DNA of 15,922 bases from Bdellovibrionota bacterium. GTDB taxonomy: Bacteria > Bdellovibrionota_C > UBA2361 > JBGSMV01. Positions 1-7,576 of this stretch are shown here, in pieces; the first letter of the stretch is position 1; each line of letters starts with the position of its first letter. The notes below the pieces were generated by a model. The model worked only from the letters and a program-made list of their open reading frames with translations, ran no database searches and had not been told where the DNA came from. Where the stretch lies: positions 1-15,922 of the forward strand of contig JBIKWF010000104.1 of the NCBI GenBank assembly GCA_044356455.1, in the 5' to 3' direction. Position numbers and translations under genes: made by a program.

Positions 1-442
1 CCGCAGTCCGAATCGGGATCTTGCGGGGTTTTTGTGCCTCAGATCGTGGAATTTCGAGCGTCAACACACCATCCTTAAGAGTGGCGGTGATATGCTCTGC
101 ATCCAGCGTCTCAGACAACTGGAAGCTTCGACGAAAGCGCCCTTCCGACCATTCAAGGCAAAGTGGAGATTTCTTTTCGAAATTTACTCCACTCCTCTCT
201 CCCGTAACCGTGAGCGTCCCTCTTTCGAAGTGCACATCCAAACCCTTAGGATCCACGCCCGGCATATCCATGACGACTGTTAAACCCTCAGCCCCTTCCC
301 AAATGTCCGCCCTTGGCATGTAGGTGCGACTTGAGCTTGCTCGCCCAAATCCCGCAGCCTGCTGCTCGGCGCCACTGGCTCGTGAAGGAGCTCTCGAGCC
401 GCAACAATCATTTCCCTTTCCGTTTGCTGATACTGAATCCAT
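1..442 (-). CDS. Small heat-shock protein (Hsp20/alpha-crystallin family), 3' end runs off the window edge
   Basis: Not in the ORF track because no stop lies in the window. Manual translation from ATG at 442 gives MDSVSANGKGNDCCGS...YMPRADIWEGAEGLTVVMDMPGVDPKGLDVHFERGTLTVTGER...GRFRRSFQLSETLDAEHITATLKDGVLTLEIPRSEAQKPRKIPIRTA, a full alpha-crystallin domain with C-terminal IPI (IxI) motif. A G-rich SD lies just after the stop of the upstream hsp20. Confidence 0.93.
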   Translation of the reverse strand, partial: MDSVSANGKGNDCCGSRAPSRASGAEQQAAGFGRASSSRTYMPRADIWEGAEGLTVVMDMPGVDPKGLDVHFERGTLTVTGERSGVNFEKKSPLCLEWSEGRFRRSFQLSETLDAEHITATLKDGVLTLEIPRSEAQKPRKIPIRTA

Positions 443-453
443 AAAGCCCCCCT

Positions 454-960
454 TTAGCGAATCGTTATTTTCTTTGGCTTATCTGCTTCTGAACGAGGAA
501 GCGTCACTGTCAGAAGCCCATTTCGATACTCTGCGGTCACTGCTTCGCTTTGAATCGCAAATGGCAGCTCAATCGACCTTGAAAACGCGCCGCTGCCTCG
601 CTCGCGGCGTAGGCACTTAAGCCCCTTCTCGTTTTCCTTTCCTGCACTCACTATTGGTTGCAAGCTGCCTTCCTTGCGCTCGCCTTTGATTTCAAGAGTA
701 TTTGAAACCACGGAGAGCTCTACTTGATCAGGAGAGACCCCGGGAAGTTCGGCCACTACTACCGCGCCCTCCCCGTTACTCCAAACGTTTAGCGCTGGAT
801 ATCCGCTATCTGAGGTCTCACCGCTCACACCGTCGAAAAGCCTGTTCATTTCTTGTTGCAGACTTCTGACGGAGGACGCTCCAAAAGGCGAGAAAAAACT
901 GACAAACGGCTCACTCCCAAACGGGTTACTGTCAAATGCTGGTATGCGTGCCCAAGCCAT
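454..960 (-). CDS. Small heat-shock protein (Hsp20/alpha-crystallin family)
   Basis: 168 aa with LQQEMNRLF N-terminal motif, YPALNVW...AELPGV...LEIKGER...GAFSRSIELP...AEYRNGLLTVTLP and C-terminal ITI. SD GAAGGAG upstream of the ATG. Confidence 0.95.
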   Translation of the reverse strand: MAWARIPAFDSNPFGSEPFVSFFSPFGASSVRSLQQEMNRLFDGVSGETSDSGYPALNVWSNGEGAVVVAELPGVSPDQVELSVVSNTLEIKGERKEGSLQPIVSAGKENEKGLKCLRRERGSGAFSRSIELPFAIQSEAVTAEYRNGLLTVTLPRSEADKPKKITIR

Positions 961-1030
961 AACATTTCTCCTTCTACGAAAAATTTGGGGCCTTACATTA
1001 CCCCCGGGGAATCTCTCTTCCCTGCAAAAG

Positions 1031-1058
1031 AAGTAAGCATCGATTGCGGTTTTTCAAG
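1031..1058 (-). promoter_or_regulatory. Candidate heat-shock (RpoH/sigma-32-like) promoter for the hsp20 pair
   Basis: Minus strand reads CTTGAAAAACCGCAATCGATGCTTACTT, about 70 nt upstream of the hsp20 ATG. The CTTGAA -35 is good; the -10 (CTTACTT vs CCCCATNT) is only a partial match. Confidence 0.4.
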
Positions 1059-1152
1059 AGGGGGCTAGTCTGGAGAAAGACAAGGCGCCACGTAGCCCGG
1101 GCGCAAAAGGGAGGCCTGCCTCACACCACATCTTCAATAAGAAAGGTGGTTT

Positions 1153-1168
1153 TTCAGAGGCTTCCTAG
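1153..1168. repeat. Solo MITE/IS-like end (TTCAGAGGCTTC-CTAG)
   Basis: Reverse complement CTAG-GAAGCCTCTGAA resembles the element end TTAG-GGAACCTCTGAA at 3023-3038. No partner end was found nearby. Confidence 0.35.
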
Positions 1169-1219
1169 GTCACCGCCGCAGTATTTTCATTGGGTCATAA
1201 GTTTTAGTATCCTCTCGCC

Positions 1220-2488
1220 ATGAAAAAAGCGCTCTCCACGCTCACCTCCCAGCTCCTGCTCTCACTCCTTTGCCTCAACATTTGCCTGATCACCTCAGGT
1301 CCAAACACCGCCGAGGCACAGCGACGCGTCTCGAGCGAACTTTCTGGTTTGCCCAAAACGCTGCCGCGCGACGCGCGCCTGATTGTGCGCACCTTAAGTC
1401 TCTCGAATGGGCGCGTAACGAAATCTACGGTGCTGAAACGCGCTGCTTCTTTCTCTGCTTCACCTAGCACCGATCCAAGCGTTCTCGCCGTGAGCTACTT
1501 GTCTCGGTCGAGCAAGAAGCTTTTGAATGGAGTGAGTAAAAAATTTGTGGCAGGTCTCTCTCGCAGGAAACTCGCCTCGGCGCTCTCCATAAAACTCCGT
1601 AAACCCACCAACACGGCTCGGCAGAACAAGACAAGAAGCGAAACTTTGGCGGCTTCAGACTTCACGACTGTGGGAATAGGGTTTCCAATCGACGGAATCA
1701 CCATTTCCGGCCCAGACGATTTTCCGTTGACAGGCCGCTCACAAATCCAGCTCCTCGTCACGAGCTTGGTGAATGACGTCGCATGCTACGGGAAGTCCGG
1801 CGGATTTGTTATCATCGAACTCGACCCCGAAATTCAGAAGGCTCGGCAATTTGAGTTTGATCTCTGCAGTAGCGGCAGAGCAGACCCTGCCACGTGCGCG
1901 AAAGATCTGTATCAGCCCCCGTCTCAGTTCATTCGTGGCACGCTCTCGATTGACAAAGGCGCAGCATCACTCACGCTAGTAGCAAGCGACGCATCCGGAA
2001 AGGAGCTCTCGCGTTTTACTTCGAATGGGTCGATTAATTCGATTACGGAGTGGGACGCGCTGAGCAAAGACATGGCACAAAAACTGGGCACCGCCCTTTG
2101 TAGCCAAGGTTCACTCCTCATCGATTCAGCTCGATGTGAAACACCAACCTGCAACTTTTCATGCGGTGCCGTTCCCGCGATTCGCACGCTGCCAAAAATC
2201 TCGGGCACGGCAAGAGGCCCAGTAGGATCTGGGATTGTGGTGAGCATGGACAAAAACTTTGCCACCATCAACTGCGGAAGCTGGAGCGTGGATTCCTGCG
2301 ACAGCAATGTGTGTTGTAAACGCACAAGCGACTCTCAGCCCGAAAGCACAAACTTCGAAGCGGTCCTGGACCTTCTCCAAGGTCTCTGTGTCTGTCCGGT
2401 CGGCTTTCCAACCATCTACGAAACGGTTTCACAATTGACTGGTCAGAATCCTATCGAAGTTGAGCGAGATATTGAGTGCCCGACTTGA
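1220..2488 (+). CDS. Hypothetical secreted Cys-rich protein with a possible CsgG/FlgO-like central domain
   Basis: 422-aa ORF with a signal peptide (MKK, hydrophobic stretch, AEA|Q), a basic N-terminal region and 14 Cys in the mature part. The segment FVIIELDPEIQKARQFEFDLCSSGRADPATCAK...FIRGTLS resembles the CsgG/FlgO pattern. Confidence 0.8.
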   Translation: MKKALSTLTSQLLLSLLCLNICLITSGPNTAEAQRRVSSELSGLPKTLPRDARLIVRTLSLSNGRVTKSTVLKRAASFSASPSTDPSVLAVSYLSRSSKKLLNGVSKKFVAGLSRRKLASALSIKLRKPTNTARQNKTRSETLAASDFTTVGIGFPIDGITISGPDDFPLTGRSQIQLLVTSLVNDVACYGKSGGFVIIELDPEIQKARQFEFDLCSSGRADPATCAKDLYQPPSQFIRGTLSIDKGAASLTLVASDASGKELSRFTSNGSINSITEWDALSKDMAQKLGTALCSQGSLLIDSARCETPTCNFSCGAVPAIRTLPKISGTARGPVGSGIVVSMDKNFATINCGSWSVDSCDSNVCCKRTSDSQPESTNFEAVLDLLQGLCVCPVGFPTIYETVSQLTGQNPIEVERDIECPT

Positions 2489-2596
2489 GGGGCCGGCCCT
2501 CCAATACTTGGGCATGCGAGCGCGGAACTCGACCAAGCACAAACTCTGCAAAGTGTAGCGCAAGGAAGCGGCGGTAGATTGAAAGAAAGAGTAGTC

Positions 2597-3013
2597 TCAG
2601 CCGGCTTTTCTAAACCTATCAATGCTCCAAGCTCCAGGACCGCTGTAGAGAAGAGAAAGAGAAGCCCCAAGCAGAATAATGTCCTTATTGAAGGGGTGGT
2701 GATCGCGAATACCTATGGCGATAAGGAACGACGTGAGCATCAGGGAGCAAAGGAACGCCGCAAGTGTGGTCCAGATTCCTAAAATAAGCATGATCCCTGA
2801 TCCCACTTCGATATAGGGCAGCAGAATGGCGTAGAGCGTGGAAAACGGCTCAGGGATCACCTTGTAACTCTGCACCACACCGATGAACTCCTGAGGCGCG
2901 CGAATTTTCATTAGCCCCGCCATCGCGAAGTATGCCCCCAAGGGCAAACGAAGCAGCAACCCGGCATACGCCCCGTTGCCAATCGGTTCATGCATTTTAT
3001 AGCCCATAGCCAC
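2597..3013 (-). CDS. DoxX family membrane protein
   Basis: Hydrophobic helices with LLLRLPLGAYFAMAGLMK, LPYIEVGSGIMLILG and C-terminal GPGAWSID, typical of DoxX. Start is either GTG 3013 or ATG 3007. Confidence 0.88.
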   Translation of the reverse strand: MAMGYKMHEPIGNGAYAGLLLRLPLGAYFAMAGLMKIRAPQEFIGVVQSYKVIPEPFSTLYAILLPYIEVGSGIMLILGIWTTLAAFLCSLMLTSFLIAIGIRDHHPFNKDIILLGASLSLLYSGPGAWSIDRFRKAG

Positions 3014-3022
3014 CTACTATCG

Positions 3023-3171
3023 TTAGGGAACCTCTGAAGAACCTTGGAATGGGGATTCTTCTGTCCCGTTTCCCTCCGCGTACTCCGCGTCCTCCGCGTT
3101 ACTTAATAATTTTCAAGTAACGCGGAGGACGCTGAGTACGCGGAGGGGGAGCATTTCAGAGATATACTTAG
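3023..3171. mobile_element. MITE/REP-like element, family A copy 1
   Basis: Central inverted repeat with arms 3072-3104 and 3115-3147 (32/33 complementary), each built of three CTCCGCGNN units. Outer ends are TTAG-GGAACCTCTGAA (3023-3038) and TTCAGAGATATAC-TTAG (3155-3171). Confidence 0.65.
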
Positions 3172-3262
3172 TTTAGAACCCCAAGTATTCTCTTCACAAT
3201 TGTATATTTATCCTTGCAGAATAAGGCTCTGGCACCTTTTTCAATCCAACGAGCGCCCCACT

Positions 3263-4087
3263 ATGTCCGAAACTCCAAGGCTCCCCTCCCCCTCTCATGA
3301 CGCGCAGCCCGACTTTTGCCATTGGGGCAAAGGCTCCGAATACCGCGAAGAGCGGTCCTTTCTAGAGGGTCCCGGCGCCCGTCTTTCTGAGCTTAAAAGA
3401 GCGCTCCGCATTTTCTTCGAGTTCATCAGAGGCTTTCGTGCGCTGCACTTTGTGGGCCCCTGCGTCACTGTTTTTGGCTCCGCCAGATTCCCCGAAACGA
3501 GTCCCCACTATGCGCTTGGAAGAGAAATGGGTCAGCGCCTCGGCAATGCCGGATTTACCGTTATGACAGGCGGGGGACCGGGCATTATGGAAGCTGCCAA
3601 TAGGGGCGCCAAGGACGTGGGAGCCCCCTCCGTTGGCTGCAATATTGTGTTACCCGCGGAGCAGCACCCTAACCCTTTTCTCGATACCTGGGTGGAATTC
3701 CGCTATTTTTTTGTAAGAAAAGTAATGCTCGTTAAATATTCCTACGCATTTGTTGCCTTGCCCGGAGGCTTTGGAACGCTCGATGAGCTTTTTGAAACCG
3801 TGACGCTCATTCAAACAAAAAAAATTAAAAATTTCCCGCTCGTGCTCCTGGGAAAAGAATATTGGAGCCCACTTCTTACCTTCATACGAGGCACGCTTAT
3901 CCCTGCCGGCACCATTGATGCCGGAGATGCAAATCTATTCTTCCTCACAGATTCGCCTGCCGAGGCAATGGAATATATTCATCAGCACGCGCAGAGTCCT
4001 TTGAGCAAAGAGCCTTCAAGCATGGGGACTGGAGCGACAAGGCCCGCCCAGGCAATGAAGAAGCGCCGCTGGCTCTTCGAACGCTAG
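3263..4087 (+). CDS. LOG family (TIGR00730-like) nucleotide phosphoribohydrolase
   Basis: Motifs VTVFGSAR, MTGGGPGIMEAANRGA, EQHPNPF, YFFVRKVMLVKYS and PGGFGTLDE. ATG 3263 (MSETPRL, 274 aa) is preferred over the TTG at 3200. Confidence 0.93.
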   Translation: MSETPRLPSPSHDAQPDFCHWGKGSEYREERSFLEGPGARLSELKRALRIFFEFIRGFRALHFVGPCVTVFGSARFPETSPHYALGREMGQRLGNAGFTVMTGGGPGIMEAANRGAKDVGAPSVGCNIVLPAEQHPNPFLDTWVEFRYFFVRKVMLVKYSYAFVALPGGFGTLDELFETVTLIQTKKIKNFPLVLLGKEYWSPLLTFIRGTLIPAGTIDAGDANLFFLTDSPAEAMEYIHQHAQSPLSKEPSSMGTGATRPAQAMKKRRWLFER

Positions 4088-4219
4088 GGAATCACTAAAA
4101 AATCCGCTCTGTGAACTCTGTGCCCTCTGTGGTTGATTTAAATTGCTCAAAAAACCACAGAGGACACAGAGTTCACAGAGAGAAAAATAAAACAAGGATG
4201 TTTATCAGAGGATCCCCAG
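4084..4219. mobile_element. MITE/REP-like element, family A copy 2
   Basis: Central inverted repeat with arms 4107-4134 and 4153-4180 (27/28 complementary), built of three CTCTGTGNN units. Outer ends are CTAG-GGAATCACTAAAAAA and TTTATCAGAGGATCC-CCAG (10/15 inverted match). The left CTAG overlaps the LOG stop codon. Confidence 0.65.
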
Positions 4220-4301
4220 TACAGACTTCTGCAGCTCCGCTTCTTGCTCTTATCGCAAAACGCTTCCTCCTAAGCTTTACCCGGTGTAGAGGTTACCTAC
4301 G

Positions 4302-5705
4302 ATGACCGCACAAGCACCTCTCTTTCGCCGCTCGCTCCATATTTTTAGGCGTGACCTGCGCCTTTTTGACAACACGGCACTCAATCAGGCTCTTTCTCAA
4401 AGCAAAGAAGTGCTCACCTGTTTCATATTGGATCCGCGCCAAGTTGAGGAGCATCCCTATCGCAGCACGAGCGGACTTCAATTTATGCTCACTTCTCTTA
4501 AGGAGCTTGGGGCTGAGCTCGCCCAAGAAGGCGGTGCCTTGCAGATCCTCCATGGAGAGTCCTCTCAGGTTCTCACTCAAATCCTTAAAGAAGAGAAAAT
4601 TGAAGCGGTATTTTTCAATCGCGACTACACCCCCTTCTCTCGCAAGCGAGACCGGGCTCTCAAAGAACTTTGTGACCAACAAGGCGTCAAAATTTTTCAG
4701 TATGGTGATGCGCTGCTCCAGGAGCCGGAGGCCGTAGCTAAGAAAACAGGCGGCCCCTACACCGTCTATACGCCCTTTATGAAGTGCGCTTCTCAAATGG
4801 CGGTACGGGAGCCTTCAAACCTGAGTAATGGCCAGGGGCATCTAGCCTCGTTTTCTTCGGCACGAAACCCGGAGAAAGAGTGCGCAAAGATTCCTTTAGT
4901 TTTTAATGACAAGCTCCTCGTAAAAGGTGGCCGCGAAGAGGCACTTCGCATTCTCTCTGACCTTAGCCCTTACAAAGAGTTTGATAAGGTGCGTGACTTT
5001 CCGGCTCTGCGCGCGACGACTTGCCTTTCTGCGCACCACAAATTTGGTACGGTCTCGGCTCGCGAAGTGTACTGGAAGGTCTCAAAAGCTTTTGGCTCTG
5101 GTCACACGCTGATACGAGAGCTCTTTTGGAGGGACTTCTTCACTCACATTGCATTTCATTTTCCGCATGTCTTTCAAGGGGCGTTCCACCCACGCTACGA
5201 CAAGATTGCGTGGGAAAACGACCCCGAAAAATTTTCCGCGTGGTGCGAAGGCAGGACAGGCTTTCCGATAGTCGATGCAGGCATGCGCGAGCTTAACGCC
5301 ACAGGGTTTATGCATAACCGCGTACGCATGATTGTGGCTTCGTTTCTCGTCAAGGATCTGCTGATTGATTGGCGCTGGGGAGAGCGCTATTTCGCGCAAA
5401 AACTAGTGGACTACGATCCCGCGGTGAACAATGGGAACTGGCAATGGGCCGCCTCAACAGGATGCGATGCCCAGCCCTACTTCCGCATCTTTAACCCTTG
5501 GCTCCAGCAAGAACGCTTTGACGAGGACGCGCGCTATATAAAGCACTGGGTCCCTGAGCTAAAATCGTACACGCCAAAACAATTAGGAGAGCTGGCAGAG
5601 AAGCCGCTTAGGATTCCTGGCTATCCGGTCCCGCTTGTTGATCACGCGGAGCAGAAGACGCGCGTGCTTAGGCTTTTTGAGGAAGCTGGGTCTACAAAGG
5701 CGTGA
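4302..5705 (+). CDS. phrB: Deoxyribodipyrimidine (CPD) photolyase
   Basis: 467 aa with FRRDLRLFDN, YTVYTPF, LSAHHKFGTVSAREV, RELFWRDF, WCEGRTGFPIVDAGMREL, GFMHNRVRMIVASFLVKDLLIDWR, NNGNWQW and YFRIFNP. FAD-binding domain and electron-transfer tryptophans are present. Confidence 0.95.
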   Translation: MTAQAPLFRRSLHIFRRDLRLFDNTALNQALSQSKEVLTCFILDPRQVEEHPYRSTSGLQFMLTSLKELGAELAQEGGALQILHGESSQVLTQILKEEKIEAVFFNRDYTPFSRKRDRALKELCDQQGVKIFQYGDALLQEPEAVAKKTGGPYTVYTPFMKCASQMAVREPSNLSNGQGHLASFSSARNPEKECAKIPLVFNDKLLVKGGREEALRILSDLSPYKEFDKVRDFPALRATTCLSAHHKFGTVSAREVYWKVSKAFGSGHTLIRELFWRDFFTHIAFHFPHVFQGAFHPRYDKIAWENDPEKFSAWCEGRTGFPIVDAGMRELNATGFMHNRVRMIVASFLVKDLLIDWRWGERYFAQKLVDYDPAVNNGNWQWAASTGCDAQPYFRIFNPWLQQERFDEDARYIKHWVPELKSYTPKQLGELAEKPLRIPGYPVPLVDHAEQKTRVLRLFEEAGSTKA

Positions 5706-5708
5706 GGA

Positions 5709-5750
5709 CATATATCTCACGGAATCTCTTCGGGTCCGTGAAAAGATATG
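5709..5750. terminator. Hairpin directly after the photolyase stop, between convergent genes
   Basis: TCACGGA/TCCGTGA stem capped by a C-UUCG-G tetraloop, with outer CATAT/ATATG pairing. There is no clear U-tract, so termination is uncertain. Confidence 0.35.
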
Positions 5751-5759
5751 GCTAAGCAG

Positions 5760-5828
5760 AAGAGCCTGTCCCGCACTGAACTATTTCCGCGACAAAGCGT
5801 CTAAATAGTCAGTACAGGACAGGCTCTT
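5760..5828. mobile_element. MITE-like inverted repeat, family B copy 1
   Basis: AAGAGCCTGTCCCGCACTGAACTATTT (5760-5786) pairs with AAATAGTCAGTACAGGACAGGCTCTT (5803-5828); the outer 12 bp are perfect. It could also act as a bidirectional terminator. Confidence 0.55.
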
Positions 5829-5857
5829 ACGTTGAAGCTAAATACGACCGCTGCTGA

Positions 5858-7279
5858 TTAGGCGAGCTGCTGCCCGCACGCCTCTGCGTAGCGGCCAGTA
5901 ACTTGCCTTACATAGCGAACAACCAACGCTTCGGGATCTTGCGGGCCAGCAACATCATCGAGCTTAAAGCGACTCTTCGCTGATGCCTCGGTCACGCCGC
6001 CGCAACTTCGAATATTCTCCATAAGCGTGGCAAGAGCAGCGCGAGCTTCTGGTTTGTTCCAGTAGTAGCGAATTCTATCCGTCAAACTCGACCACATCTG
6101 CACTTCTTCCTCGGCAGGAGTAGCACCAGCAGGAATCCCGCAGTATTTTCTCCAGTCTCCGAGAGCTTCGTCTGACCTCATCGCGCCAATTACGGCTTCA
6201 CGAAGTCCAGAGCGTTTCGCCTGGTCAGGTACAAGTTCGGCCTCAATCGCCAATAAATGCTCGTATCCCTCGCGCATGAAATAGGTAAGTTCCGGGCCAA
6301 CTTTTAGAATCGCAAAGTGTCCCTTCACTAACTGAGTAAGCCCCTCAAGATCCAAGTAATCCGTGCTGTGGGCTTCATACACAAGCCCACTGAAATCATG
6401 GATAGCCTCGCTAAGTCCAACAGACTTTGACGCATCGTAGGGGTGCGCCCCTCCCTCGCCAAACTCAACTCCAGGCTGAACGACAAGCCCAGAAACTCGG
6501 CTCCAAACATCAGAGAGACCATGCCGCTCAAAAGCTTCGTAGGTAGTTTTTACTGTCCCCACTACGTTCTCTACAGGAGTTACGTCGATTCCAGTATGCC
6601 CTGCGGTTGCGCCGCCTGGAGGAGGCACTTCACTTCCCACCACAAAGAAAGGCATAGGCTCAGGAGAACCCATCTCCTTCCACGTATCAACGGCGACACG
6701 CGCTAGTCTTGCAGTTCTTTCTGCAACAACATTCTCCCACGCTGCGCGGTCTCGCGCATCGTCACCCGCGCAAGGCTCACTGCAATCAATATGAATCTTG
6801 GTAAAGCCCGCTTTGACGTAGGCTGCAATCATGCCCTCAGCCTTATTCATCGCAATTTCGGCGCCTTCCTTCTTAAAGGGAATAGGTCCTAGGTGGTCAC
6901 CCGCCAAGACAATCTTTGAGCGGTCGAGTCCGACGGTTTTCGCTTCGGCGAAAACCAATTCCGCAAAATCCTTCGGCTGCATGCCGCTGTAACCGCCGAA
7001 TTGGTTCACTTGCTTGCAGGTAGCTTCGACATCAAGCAACGCTCCTCTCTCCAAGGCCTCCTGACATCCTGCACGTATCACCAGCCGAGCGGCAGAGCAT
7101 ACGCAATAAACCCCAACATGCTCACCAGTGAGGTTTCTCCTTAAAAGACCTAAAAATTGTTCTGATGCACTCACGCCAGTCCCCGTTTGACTTCCAATTC
7201 CAGCGCCCCCTGTCGAAGTTCCCGAACCTGTTGCGCCACTTCCTGAACGATTGCTATCTCGACTAACCCCTGGTCCCAT
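5858..7279 (-). CDS. kbaZ: KbaZ/GatZ/AgaZ-family protein (PF08013), probable D-tagatose-6-phosphate 4-epimerase
   Basis: Motifs VCSA, EATCKQVNQFGGYSGM, GDHLGP, GFTKIHID, GSEVPPPGG, VVQPGVEF, EAHSTDY, LKVGPELT and DRIRYYW. Start is uncertain: ATG 7279 (473 aa), TTG 7342 or GTG 7174. Confidence 0.9.
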   Translation of the reverse strand: MGPGVSRDSNRSGSGATGSGTSTGGAGIGSQTGTGVSASEQFLGLLRRNLTGEHVGVYCVCSAARLVIRAGCQEALERGALLDVEATCKQVNQFGGYSGMQPKDFAELVFAEAKTVGLDRSKIVLAGDHLGPIPFKKEGAEIAMNKAEGMIAAYVKAGFTKIHIDCSEPCAGDDARDRAAWENVVAERTARLARVAVDTWKEMGSPEPMPFFVVGSEVPPPGGATAGHTGIDVTPVENVVGTVKTTYEAFERHGLSDVWSRVSGLVVQPGVEFGEGGAHPYDASKSVGLSEAIHDFSGLVYEAHSTDYLDLEGLTQLVKGHFAILKVGPELTYFMREGYEHLLAIEAELVPDQAKRSGLREAVIGAMRSDEALGDWRKYCGIPAGATPAEEEVQMWSSLTDRIRYYWNKPEARAALATLMENIRSCGGVTEASAKSRFKLDDVAGPQDPEALVVRYVRQVTGRYAEACGQQLA

Positions 7280-7354
7280 ACCTACTTGGCCTTTTGAAAA
7301 CAAACCACTCTCAACAACACTCAGTTGAAGCACCCGCTCCAAAAGAGTTGCCGA

Positions 7355-7472
7355 CTAGGAGAATGTCCTGCTGAAAAATCCAATCTTCTTTTCGGACACC
7401 ATCCGAGGGCTGGTTGCCCCGCTTCCACAACCGCATGTAGTAGCAGAAGTTTTCAACGAGACAGACTCCTAG
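7355..7472. mobile_element. MITE-like element, family B copy 2
   Basis: CTAGGAGAATGTCCTGCTGAAAA (7355-7377) vs TTTTCAACGAGACAGACTCCTAG (7450-7472) is an 18/23 inverted match with CTAG on both flanks. The end GAGTCTGTC resembles GAGCCTGTC at 5762. Confidence 0.55.
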
Positions 7473-7576
7473 CCCCCGGGCCTCTCCATCCCATAACAAC
7501 GTTGGAGTGAGAGACTTCCTAGCCTTAAAACCATAGTCACAAACCAGGTGATAATCAAATTAGAAACAAGCTCCTA

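Noticed and set aside
21..620. Plus-strand ORFs 21-323, 32-283 and 324-620
   Set aside because: They are antisense shadows of the two hsp20 genes.
2487..2501. GC-rich hairpin after the Cys-rich gene as a terminator
   Set aside because: The stem is short and has no U-tract.
1220..3013. Multiheme cytochrome call for the Cys-rich protein, or a MauE-type maturation link to the DoxX gene
   Set aside because: There is no CxxCH motif, the DoxX protein lacks the MauE CGC motif, and the two genes are convergent.
4111..4305. 64-aa ORF
   Set aside because: It is a translation of the palindromic repeat element and has no RBS or protein-like features.
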